DNA of 64,000 bases from an uncultured Candidatus Saccharibacteria bacterium (GCA_964402215.1 CAYOAT010000001.1:134703-198702), one strand, 5' to 3'. Shown: positions 38,204 through 45,921, counted from the stretch's first letter. Program-made: numbers and translations. Notes: a model not told the origin generated them from the sequence alone.

Positions 38204-39673
38204 CTATTTCACGTGTCTTTTTTGTCTAATTTTTGTAATTTCAGCAGTTTCGGCTTCGTTTTTTACTTCTTTGGCCTTTAGGGCAATGTTTCTCAAGTCT
38301 TTTTCTGACAGATCTAACAGTTTTTCAATTTGTTTCACAAGAAACGCCTCTGTATTTTTTGTTGGATCTTCAATTACCTCTTCTAATAGAGCGTTTAATA
38401 TATAACCAATTCGTGGTCCCGGTTCCATGTGAAACCTTTTCATTATTTCGTTACCATCAATTTTTAGCATTGATACTGAAATAGGGTCTCTTATTACCTC
38501 TTCAATCATTGATTGATATTTGCGCAGCCTGTAAGGCTCTTCCTTTGGTCTTCCTGTGCCTATTCTGTCGCAGATGCGTAGATTCATCAATTCCCAGATA
38601 TTATCCTTGGAAACCTTGCTTATAAGCCTCCTGACGGCAGATGGTGTGATTTGTTCTGTGTCCGAGAAGAACATGTGGTATCTAACTAGTTTTTCAACCT
38701 TATCAATAACCTCTTTTGGAAAAGCTAGTTTTTTTAATGTTTCGCGCGCTATTTTTGCGCCGCCTACTTCGTGGTTATAAAAAGTAGTTTTATTTTTTTC
38801 CTCACGTTTTGTTTCGGGTTTTGCCGAATCGTGGAATAGTGCTGCCAATCTAACCTCAAGTGAAAAGTTTTTATCTGCAGCATGCTGAACTGCACGTAAT
38901 GAATGTTCCCAGACGTCATATAAATGAGCTTCTTTATTTTGCTCAACACCAACCATTTCTTCAAGTATTGGTAAAATATGGCTTAAAATATTAAGTCTTT
39001 GGGCAAGACCTAAACCCATGCTTGGGTTTCTTGATAAAATTATTTTCTTGAACTCCTCCCCTATTCTTTCATTCGAAATATGTTTAATCAGAACAGAATT
39101 TTTTAAAATCGATTCTGCAGTTTCTTTTTCAATTACAAAATCAAGTTCCGACGCAAATCTGATTGTTCGCAACATACGAAGTGCGTCTTCGCTAAAACGT
39201 TTATCGGGATCACCCACTGCCCTAACTAATTTTGCCTTCAAATCCTCCTGTCCTTTATAGTTATCTACAATCTGTCCTTTATTAAGATCCACAGCCATTG
39301 CGTTAATTGTAAAGTCCCTTCTCCCTAGGTCATCTTCGATTTTATGGCTAAAGACAACGCTATTTGGATGTCTTTTATCTGAATACTCAGATTCAAGTCT
39401 GTATGGAGTTACTTCAATTACCTTTAGTGTCGGATCTTCTGACTCAGTTTTTACACCTACAGTGCCAAAGGTATTCTCATAAAATGAATCTGGAAAGATT
39501 TTTTGAATTTCTTCCGGGACAGCGTTTGTTGCAAAATCCCAGTCTTTTGGTTTATTACCCAAAATAATATCGCGGACACTACCACCGACGATGTATGCTT
39601 CAAAACCCGCCTCCTTTATTTTTTTTGAGACGTCAATAACTTCATTTGGAATGAGATCGATGTTTATTTTCAC
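38204..39673 (-). CDS. cca: CCA-adding tRNA nucleotidyltransferase with C-terminal HD domain
   Basis: Pol-beta-like GGSVRD..DWDF head domain, RxxR..ERxxxExxK body, HD-domain motifs (HD...H...D). Confidence 0.85.
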   Translation of the reverse strand: MKINIDLIPNEVIDVSKKIKEAGFEAYIVGGSVRDIILGNKPKDWDFATNAVPEEIQKIFPDSFYENTFGTVGVKTESEDPTLKVIEVTPYRLESEYSDKRHPNSVVFSHKIEDDLGRRDFTINAMAVDLNKGQIVDNYKGQEDLKAKLVRAVGDPDKRFSEDALRMLRTIRFASELDFVIEKETAESILKNSVLIKHISNERIGEEFKKIILSRNPSMGLGLAQRLNILSHILPILEEMVGVEQNKEAHLYDVWEHSLRAVQHAADKNFSLEVRLAALFHDSAKPETKREEKNKTTFYNHEVGGAKIARETLKKLAFPKEVIDKVEKLVRYHMFFSDTEQITPSAVRRLISKVSKDNIWELMNLRICDRIGTGRPKEEPYRLRKYQSMIEEVIRDPISVSMLKIDGNEIMKRFHMEPGPRIGYILNALLEEVIEDPTKNTEAFLVKQIEKLLDLSEKDLRNIALKAKEVKNEAETAEITKIRQKRHVK

Positions 39674-39730
39674 TAAGTTATTCTAGCCTAATTTTGATTT
39701 TTGGCCAATTTATCGTATGATTTCATTACT

Positions 39731-39802
39731 GCGCCCGTGGTGAAATGGATATCACAACGGTCTTCGGAACCGTCGTTGTGGGTTCGAATCCTGCCGGGCG
39801 CA
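39731..39802 (+). tRNA. tRNA-Arg (anticodon TCG)
   Basis: Hand-folded cloverleaf: acceptor gcgcccg/cgggcgc, D-arm gtga/tcac, anticodon arm acggt-cttcgga-accgt, T-arm with ttcgaat loop, 72 nt, no encoded CCA. Confidence 0.75.
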
Positions 39803-39848
39803 CAAGAAGATGATGTTTTCCGAAAATTATTATTAATAATAAAAACAA

Positions 39849-40079
39849 ATGCTTGAAAAATTTAGGAGTTTAGTTAGAAAAAATAAGAATTTAAACCTTA
39901 TTTTAAGCGGTATTTCGTTGGTTTATATTTGGAGAGGAGTTTGGAGTTTAACTGATATGTTCACATACGGTGAATATTCAAGTCCAGAATTTTGGTCATA
40001 TTTAATTCCAATGATTATTTCTTTCGCTTATATTTATTTTAATGATTATAAGTTTGATGAGTTGGTTCATAAGGATTAA
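39849..40079 (+). CDS. Small two-TM membrane protein between two tRNA genes (hypothetical)
   Basis: 76 aa, two hydrophobic segments. Only ORF in the tRNA-Arg / tRNA-Gly spacer. Confidence 0.3.
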   Translation: MLEKFRSLVRKNKNLNLILSGISLVYIWRGVWSLTDMFTYGEYSSPEFWSYLIPMIISFAYIYFNDYKFDELVHKD

Positions 40080-40133
40080 TTTAAAAAGGATCTATTGAAT
40101 TTTCTTTAAAAAAGATTATACTTTAGATCTTCT

Positions 40134-40204
40134 GCGAGTATGGTTTAGTGGTAGAATGCGTCCTTGCCAAGGACGAGACGGGAGTTCGATTCTCCCTACT
40201 CGCA
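40134..40204 (+). tRNA. tRNA-Gly (anticodon GCC)
   Basis: Acceptor gcgagta/tactcgc, anticodon arm cgtcc-ttgccaa-ggacg, T-arm gggag-ttcgatt-ctccc, 71 nt. Confidence 0.8.
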
Positions 40205-40389
40205 CAAAATATTTTCAATATCAGATAAGGACAAGTTGTTTTTGTAAATAATTGTCTGTTAAAAAACGCTCAAAATCTGGGTTATTTGGTGTTATGTGGA
40301 TAACTATGGGGATATGTGTATAAAAGACATGTCTTTTTGACTTATATAGTATTGACAACGGCTCTAAATATGATTATTTTATGTATGTT

Positions 40390-40417
40390 TCACGTAAAAC
40401 GTTTCACGTGAAACACT
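40390..40417. repeat. Tandem pair of 14-bp palindromes (gtttcacgtaaaac + gtttcacgtgaaac) upstream of yraN
   Basis: Consensus GTTTCACGTGAAAC is a perfect 14-bp palindrome. This 28-mer is 25/28 identical to the in-ORF copy at 40652-40679. Confidence 0.6.
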
Positions 40418-40518
40418 ATTTATCTATTCTTCGGACTGATTTTATTTTCTTGTGTTAACATACCAAGATACCAAGTAAAATAAGGATAAAAGGGGATTTT
40501 GGCGAGCAAATTGCCTGT

Positions 40519-40869
40519 ATGTTTCTCGTGAAACATGGTTTTTGTGTTAAGAAAAGAAATTATTTAAGAAGGGTTGGAGAAATAGATGTAATTGCGCAAA
40601 AAAATGAAAAGCTATACTTTATTGAGGTAAAAACGTTTTTTATTGAATCGGTTTCATGTGAAACGTTTCGCGTGAAACAAAATATATATTTACCAGAAGA
40701 AAATGTTTGTGAAAGTAAGATTAGAAAAATGATTGTAACTGCAGAATTGTTTTTGTTGGAAAATAATTTAAAGGACAGGGAAGTAGAGTTTGGCGTAATT
40801 TCAGTTGTTATTGGTAAAAGTAAAAAAATATTGAGAATTAGATATATTGGAAATGTAAACATTAATTAA
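40519..40869 (+). CDS. yraN: YraN/UPF0102 family predicted PD-(D/E)xK endonuclease; N-terminus apparently truncated or non-ATG start
   Basis: GEIDVIAQKNEKLYFIEVKT matches the UPF0102 core (GEIDLIA....L.FVEVKTR). The in-frame upstream sequence ..KGDFGEQIAC continues the family's N-terminal similarity back to a stop at 40456 with no ATG/GTG/TTG. Confidence 0.6.
   Translation: MFLVKHGFCVKKRNYLRRVGEIDVIAQKNEKLYFIEVKTFFIESVSCETFRVKQNIYLPEENVCESKIRKMIVTAELFLLENNLKDREVEFGVISVVIGKSKKILRIRYIGNVNIN
40521..40534. repeat. Single 14-bp palindrome copy (gtttctcgtgaaac) overlapping the yraN ATG
   Basis: 13/14 match to the consensus. The preceding tgtATG context is shared with the upstream copy (tgtatgtttcacgt vs tgtatgtttctcgt). 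Confidence 0.55.
40652..40679. repeat. Second tandem pair of the 14-bp palindrome (gtttcatgtgaaac + gtttcgcgtgaaac) inside the yraN coding sequence
   Basis: Encodes ...VSCETFRVKQN... of the predicted protein. 262 bp downstream of the first 28-mer. Confidence 0.6.
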
Positions 40870-40874
40870 TTTAA

Positions 40875-40905
40875 TTAAAAAACACCACGTACTTTTACGT
40901 GGTGT
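40875..40905. terminator. Intrinsic terminator, mainly for the minus-strand gene 40920..41429
   Basis: 9-bp perfect stem caccacgta/tacgtggtg, loop cttt, followed on the minus strand by a T-run. Confidence 0.55.
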
Positions 40906-40919
40906 CGGAATCTGCGGCT

Positions 40920-41429
40920 CTAGATAAGAGTCATTCCGAAAAACTTGTGAAAACCAAGAATTGTGCTGTCACAACCTTTTAGAATTTTCTCCTCCCCAGA
41001 GAAAAGAAGAAAGTTGTTACATGCGGGATTGTTGGTGTTTAAATACACAAGACTGACACCGTCAATGTCTCCCGCATAGACAATTGGTCCGCGACCGCAA
41101 TTAAAGTTTTCATCTTTATATGCTTCAGCCAATGCTTTTTTCAAAAATGGGATTACGGCTTCTGGATAACATCCGCCGTAACTCATTCCCCATACGGCAT
41201 TGCCCTTGAAAAAAATGGTTGTGTTACCCATACTCCAGTCAGAATTTGGGAAAACCCGCCATTCATCGACCACTTTAAAGAAACCCTCTTCCCATGTGTG
41301 GATGCGCCTGCCGTCAGGAAATTTCTCTTTTTTGACACCGCTGCCATCGCCTGCATAGCCCGCAAGAAGTGCCTTAAAAAAGACTTTGAGAGCCTCAGCT
41401 AGAATCATCGACCTCGACCATGAATCCAT
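40920..41429 (-). CDS. 169-aa protein of unknown function, GC-elevated (about 45%), with Shine-Dalgarno; likely foreign cassette
   Basis: Upstream on the minus strand: TTGACA (41502-41507), 17-nt spacer, weak -10 TAATGT, then accAAGGAAaatt-ATG. No recognisable domain (..GNTTIFFKGNAVWGMSYGG..GPIVYAGDIDGVSLVYLNTNNPACNNF..). Confidence 0.5.
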   Translation of the reverse strand: MDSWSRSMILAEALKVFFKALLAGYAGDGSGVKKEKFPDGRRIHTWEEGFFKVVDEWRVFPNSDWSMGNTTIFFKGNAVWGMSYGGCYPEAVIPFLKKALAEAYKDENFNCGRGPIVYAGDIDGVSLVYLNTNNPACNNFLLFSGEEKILKGCDSTILGFHKFFGMTLI

Positions 41430-41529
41430 AATTTTCCTTGGTTTGTTTTGTTTTCTATATCAAAAATCGCTCTGCCGGAACATTACAATTAAAAAAAATC
41501 AATGTCAATTTTTACCTAAACAATTTTTG

Positions 41530-41602
41530 TCGGAGCGCAGGGATTCGAACCCTGAGTCATCTGCTCCCAAAGCAGACATGTTAGCCGTTACACCACGCTC
41601 CG
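41530..41602 (-). tRNA. tRNA-Pro (anticodon TGG)
   Basis: The reverse complement folds as acceptor cggagcg/cgctccg, anticodon arm tctgc-tttggga-gcaga, T-arm caggg-ttcgaat-ccctg, 73 nt. Confidence 0.8.
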
Positions 41603-41665
41603 TTTATGCTTCAAAATAGTACACGAAAAATGGAGATATATCAAATATAATGATAAATTATTATT

Positions 41666-41971
41666 ATGTTTGGAAAATTATTTCAAAAGAAAAAAGAAGA
41701 TTTCATTTGTGAAAAATGTGGTTTTGTTAATGTTGGGGATGGATATACTAATCATTGCCAAAAATGTCTTTGGTCAAAACATGTTGATATTAATCCAGGT
41801 GATCGTGCAGAAAAGTGTCAGGGGCTAATGGAACCAATTAATCTGGTAAATAATAGCGATGTTTTTTTTATCACGCATAAATGTACGAAATGTTCTAAGG
41901 AAAAAAGAAACAAAGCTCAGAAAGGAGACGACTTCAACCAATTAGTAAAAATTAGTTGTAAAGGAAAATAA
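41666..41971 (+). CDS. RNHCP-domain zinc-ribbon protein
   Basis: 101 aa with CEKCG..(N)..TNHCQKC..(N)..CTKCSK cysteine pairs. The TNHC.KC signature fits the RNHCP domain. Confidence 0.55.
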   Translation: MFGKLFQKKKEDFICEKCGFVNVGDGYTNHCQKCLWSKHVDINPGDRAEKCQGLMEPINLVNNSDVFFITHKCTKCSKEKRNKAQKGDDFNQLVKISCKGK

Positions 41972-41973
41972 TT

Positions 41974-43203
41974 TTAAATTTCCTTTAATAGTAATTTGGC
42001 GAGTCGTTCGATATATTCGTTTTTAAATTCTACAACTCTTGATGCTATATCTCCTTTGATAAAATAATTTAAACTTTTTCCAGTTTCTTTTTCTATATCT
42101 CTACTTATATATGAAGTAGTGATCCCATTAATTTTTGCTTTTCCGTTTGATCCATCAGTTGTCGCAATTATTCCAACAAGGTCAAGAGAATTTTCGCTTT
42201 CACCATAAAATATTCCACCACCAGAAGCGCCTTGCGCACCAACATTTGATTTTGAAGTTGTAATAACATCAGTTTTGTTTCCGCCGAATGTGAATATTTC
42301 TAGTACTGAAACTGCCGCAGCTTGTAATTTTCCTGCGTGACTAATGTCCAAGAGACTCGCAGGTCCACCTGGGAAGCCCGAAACAACCACGCTGTCGTTG
42401 ATTTTGATTTCTTTATCGTATATGCCCGCACTTGGAAATATTTGCGGAATACCTAGGGCCGGGTTCGTATTTTTAGTTATCAATATAAGAGCATAATCGT
42501 CTTCTCCAGTACCACGAGCACCTTCCGCCCCAATTGACTTGTAATTATTTTGAATCCATTCCGGAGACGAATAAACCATCTCACCTTTATATCCATAAGT
42601 TGAAATATTTTCTTTATAAATTGAACAGTTAATTAAATCTGGATCGTAACTTTCTAAAATAAAAAATTGTGCAACATGCGAATTTGTTAGCACAACTCCC
42701 CGTGGAGAAATAATGACACCACTACCAGTCGAAACATTTATGTAATTTCCGTTTGTGTATGTACAAATTATATTTACAACAACATCGCGAATAGAGGCTG
42801 AAGCTGTGTTTTCTGTGGGTATAATCTCAGCAGTTGGAGGAGTTGGTTTAACAATTGGTGGAATCTGAATTGGAGTTTCTGTCGCTGGAGCAATTGTTGG
42901 TGCCGGCGTGACAACTGGCTCAGTGACTTCTTGTGGTTTTGAAATTACCGGATCTGGAATAACTCTTTCAATATTATCTGTTGGCTTGTCAGAAGTGTTT
43001 TGAATGTTTCGAAGATTTTGTCTTTCAATAATTTCGGCAACAGCTTCTTTTCGGGCCTGCTGAATTTGAATTGATTGCTGAGTAGGAATATTTATTTCTG
43101 GTGAGATTCCTAAAAATGTTAAAATAGAATAACTAAACAAAAGAGTTCTTTGAAGGATTATTCTAAGTAAAAAAGGCATAGGGGAATTATATCTGAAAAA
43201 CAA
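41974..43203 (-). CDS. Secreted trypsin-like (S1/HtrA-like) serine protease with Pro/Thr-rich linker
   Basis: Signal/TM N-terminus, PT-rich spacer. GSGVIISPRGVVLTNSHV (catalytic His region) and GASGGGIF (catalytic Ser GxSGG). No PDZ domain. Confidence 0.8.
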   Translation of the reverse strand: MFFRYNSPMPFLLRIILQRTLLFSYSILTFLGISPEINIPTQQSIQIQQARKEAVAEIIERQNLRNIQNTSDKPTDNIERVIPDPVISKPQEVTEPVVTPAPTIAPATETPIQIPPIVKPTPPTAEIIPTENTASASIRDVVVNIICTYTNGNYINVSTGSGVIISPRGVVLTNSHVAQFFILESYDPDLINCSIYKENISTYGYKGEMVYSSPEWIQNNYKSIGAEGARGTGEDDYALILITKNTNPALGIPQIFPSAGIYDKEIKINDSVVVSGFPGGPASLLDISHAGKLQAAAVSVLEIFTFGGNKTDVITTSKSNVGAQGASGGGIFYGESENSLDLVGIIATTDGSNGKAKINGITTSYISRDIEKETGKSLNYFIKGDIASRVVEFKNEYIERLAKLLLKEI

Positions 43204-43252
43204 AATTCTTTCATTGATGTTTGGTCGTTTGTTTGGTATATTTTTATAACCT

Positions 43253-43323
43253 GCGGGTGTGGTTTAGTGGTAGAATGTCTGCCTTCCAAGCAGAAGACGG
43301 GAGTTCGATTCTCCCCACCCGCA
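43253..43323 (+). tRNA. tRNA-Gly (anticodon TCC)
   Basis: Acceptor gcgggtg/cacccgc, anticodon arm tctgc-cttccaa-gcaga, T-arm gggag-ttcgatt-ctccc, 71 nt. Confidence 0.8.
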
Positions 43324-43335
43324 CATAAATAATTT

Positions 43336-43361
43336 ACCAACAGAAAATCTGTTGGTTTTTT
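43336..43361 (+). terminator. Hairpin plus T-run immediately after tRNA-Gly(TCC)
   Basis: accaacag-aaaat-ctgttggt followed by tttttt. Confidence 0.4.
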
Positions 43362-43380
43362 AATGTTTATTAAAGGATAT

Positions 43381-43417
43381 TTGCAAAAGAAAACACCGCG
43401 TAAAGCTTACGCGGTGT
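43381..43417 (-). terminator. Intrinsic terminator of the GC-rich cassette gene 43440..43802
   Basis: 11-bp stem acaccgcgtaa/ttacgcggtgt, 3-nt loop, T-rich tract on the minus strand. Confidence 0.5.
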
Positions 43418-43439
43418 GTTTGGCAGAAAGGCTGGGGAG

Positions 43440-43802
43440 CTATTTCTCCAATATGAGCAGGGGCCGGTATCCCACCAAAGAGTTTGTCCCAATTGTTTGG
43501 ACGATCTCTTGGAGGTATTTGGGGCCGTTTTCGTCGTTGTACATGGCGATGATCATGGCCCCCGGCTGGATCAGGCGGATGTTTCCGCCGTCTTTGACCA
43601 GGAGTTCGGTAGGTTCATATCCACCGAGCTCGGCGCCTGGGACCGAAGGGTAGACCTTCTCGATAACTTCGAGCACGGTTTCGGTTTTTGTGAGGTCGGC
43701 CAGTGTCGGTTGGACATTGCGGTGGCCTAAACTAAAAGTGCCGATCGCTATTCCGAAGAATATAACCGCAATTGCCAATGCCGCACGAATTGAATTCTTC
43801 AT
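43440..43802 (-). CDS. 121-aa secreted or membrane-anchored protein of unknown function in a GC-anomalous (about 52% GC) segment next to tRNA-Gly; likely foreign
   Basis: N-terminal signal/TM (AALAIAVIFFGIAIGTFSLG). Start taken as ATG 43802 (the ORF track starts one codon earlier at TTG). Strong SD accAAGGAGaagttg-ATG. Confidence 0.5.
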   Translation of the reverse strand: MKNSIRAALAIAVIFFGIAIGTFSLGHRNVQPTLADLTKTETVLEVIEKVYPSVPGAELGGYEPTELLVKDGGNIRLIQPGAMIIAMYNDENGPKYLQEIVQTIGTNSLVGYRPLLILEK

Positions 43803-43860
43803 CAACTTCTCCTTGGTTTATTTTTTCTAAATCGTTTGAAAGATCACCTTTACACTAAGT

Positions 43861-43890
43861 ATTATAGCATAGATTATATACACTTGTCAA
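43861..43890 (-). promoter_or_regulatory. Consensus sigma70-type promoter for the 43440..43802 cassette gene
   Basis: Minus-strand reading ttgaca-agtgtatataatctatgc-tataat: exact -35, 18-nt spacer, exact -10. Confidence 0.45.
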
Positions 43891-43918
43891 GTATCATGTT
43901 TTTTATATTTATCAAAAC

Positions 43919-43946
43919 AAAAAACCGCCCATGGCGGTATTTTTGC
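43919..43946. terminator. Intrinsic terminator downstream of hup (bidirectional hairpin)
   Basis: aaaaaccgcc-cat-ggcggtattttt. Confidence 0.5.
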
Positions 43947-43968
43947 ATAGAAGCTTCTATAAAATAGA

Positions 43969-44241
43969 TTATCTAACTAAATCCTTTAAAGCCTTTGCCG
44001 CTCTGAATTTTGGAACGCGCATTGCTGGAACAGTGATCGATTCACCAGTTCGAGGATTTCTTGCTGTACGAGCAGCTCTTTCTTTGGCGCTGAAGATACC
44101 GAATCCTGCGACTGATACTTCTTCACCTTTCTTTAGAGAACCAGAAATTGAATCAAAAATTGAATCAACAACTTGTTCTGCTTGTACCTTGGTACCACCT
44201 AGTACCTCATGAACCTTTTCTACAAGATTTGCTTTATTCAT
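43969..44241 (-). CDS. hup: DNA-binding protein HU
   Basis: MNKANLVEKV...GFGIFSAKERAARTARNPRTGESI...VPKFRAAKALKD: HU/IHF fold with the beta-arm signature. Confidence 0.9.
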   Translation of the reverse strand: MNKANLVEKVHEVLGGTKVQAEQVVDSIFDSISGSLKKGEEVSVAGFGIFSAKERAARTARNPRTGESITVPAMRVPKFRAAKALKDLVR

Positions 44242-44391
44242 ATGAATTTTAAATCTGTTTTACCAATAAATTGTGCTTTTATTGGTTTATTAATTTATAA
44301 CAGCACGTGCTTTAACTGTTCATTAGCACGTGGATATTATATAAAACCTTATTTTAAGCCGCAACTAGGAGATACTTTATAATAAGTTTGA

Positions 44392-45921
44392 CTATCTAGC
44401 AAAATCTATGACTCTGTTTTCTCGGATTACGGTTATTTTTATTTCACCTGGATATCTAATAGCCCCCTCTATCTTTTCAGCTATATTTCTAGCCATTATT
44501 TTAGCTTCAGCATCGGAAACTCTTTCTGGTTTGACGAATACTCTGATCTCTCTACCAGCCTGTAGGGCATAAGATTTTTCAACACCATCAAATGAATCAG
44601 CAATTATTTCAAGTTCCTCAAGACGTTTTAAGTAATTTTCAGCATTATCCTTTCTTGCCCCAGGTCTACCGCCCGAAATTGAGTCGGCGACATAAACAAT
44701 TACCGCCTCTGGAGTTTCAAATGGATATTCTTCGTGATGTGACTGCATCGCCTTAATGATTTTTTCGTCAGCACCAAATTTTTGCAGAATTCTGCGACCA
44801 ATTTCAACGTGCGTACCGGCCACTTCATGATCAAGAGCTTTTCCAATGTCGTGTAGAAGGGCGCCGGCCTTGGCAACTTTAACATCGACGCCAACTTCCT
44901 CGGCGATCATGCCAGCAATATGGGCCATTTCAATAGAATGTTGTAAAACATTTTGTCCGTAACTTGTTCTGAAATGTAAACGACCAAGGATTAACAAAAT
45001 TCTCTGATCCAGACCAATAACTCCACATTCGAATGCCGCCTTTTCGCCACGCTCTTTTATTATTTTATTTATGTTCTTCTTTGCTTTCTCGATTTCTTCT
45101 TCAATTTTTGCGGGCTGAATTCTGCCATCTTCTATCAAACTCTCCAGTGCAATTTTTGCAGTTTCACGTCTGATTGGATCAAAAGTTGAAATTACGATAA
45201 CACCAGGAGTATCATCAATAATTAATTCAACGCCAGTTTTTCTTTCAAAAGTTTTGATATTTCTTCCGTCTTTACCAATAATTTTTCCTTTAACTTCGTC
45301 ATTTGGTAATGTGACAGTTGTTGTAAAAACATCACTTGAAACAGAAGTTCCAAGTCTTTCGATCGCCGAGATTAAAATATTTTGAACACGATGATCGTAA
45401 ATTTCTTTATCAGCGAGTTCAATTTTTTGAATTCTGTTTTGTAAATCCTGATCTTGACGAGCCTCAATATTTTTTAATAGTTCAACTTTTGCTTCTTCCA
45501 ATGAAAGATTGGAAATATTTTGTAATTCAGAAATTTTATCGTCAATAATTTTCTGTAATTTTTCTTTTAAAGTTTCAGATTCTTCAATTTTACTTTTTAG
45601 TTCATCTGATTCCGTTTCAAGTCCAACTTGTCTTTCATCAAGAAATGACTCTTTTGCAATTAAACGATCTTCTGTTTTTTGAATTCTTTCCTCCTCTTTT
45701 TTTATTTCTTCCTTCGCTTCTTTAATTATTTCTTCAGCTTTAACACCGGCCTCACTCGTAATTTTTTCGGCCTCTTCGCGAGCCTCAAGCAGCTTTTCTT
45801 TTATTTCAAGCTCCATTGAACCCTTTTTTCCAAGGGCCACAATAAAGCGCAAAAACCAACCAAGAGCAATACCGATAAGGCCTGCTGCCGTTGCGATCAA
45901 CAACACAATTAACAACTCCAT
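44392..45921 (-). CDS. rny: Ribonuclease Y
   Basis: N-terminal TM, coiled coil, KH domain (GKIIGKDGRNIKTFE), HD domain (HSIEMAHIAGMIAEE...LLHDIGKA). Confidence 0.9.
   Translation of the reverse strand: MELLIVLLIATAAGLIGIALGWFLRFIVALGKKGSMELEIKEKLLEAREEAEKITSEAGVKAEEIIKEAKEEIKKEEERIQKTEDRLIAKESFLDERQVGLETESDELKSKIEESETLKEKLQKIIDDKISELQNISNLSLEEAKVELLKNIEARQDQDLQNRIQKIELADKEIYDHRVQNILISAIERLGTSVSSDVFTTTVTLPNDEVKGKIIGKDGRNIKTFERKTGVELIIDDTPGVIVISTFDPIRRETAKIALESLIEDGRIQPAKIEEEIEKAKKNINKIIKERGEKAAFECGVIGLDQRILLILGRLHFRTSYGQNVLQHSIEMAHIAGMIAEEVGVDVKVAKAGALLHDIGKALDHEVAGTHVEIGRRILQKFGADEKIIKAMQSHHEEYPFETPEAVIVYVADSISGGRPGARKDNAENYLKRLEELEIIADSFDGVEKSYALQAGREIRVFVKPERVSDAEAKIMARNIAEKIEGAIRYPGEIKITVIRENRVIDFAR

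Noticed and set aside
37866-40303. Isolated perfect DnaA boxes at 37866-37874 and 40295-40303 as secondary origins or DnaA-regulated sites
   Set aside because: Single perfect 9-mers are expected at about 0.5 per 64 kb on two strands by chance. Only the dnaA-dnaN spacer shows a cluster.
41386-41619. ORF 41386..41619(+) and ORF 43158..43340(-)
   Set aside because: They overlap tRNA-Pro and tRNA-Gly(TCC) respectively. These are spurious read-throughs of tRNA genes.
43363-43730. + strand ORFs 43363..43653 and 43416..43730 opposite the cassette gene
   Set aside because: Same GC-driven artefact. The minus-strand ORF has a signal peptide, consensus promoter, SD and terminator.
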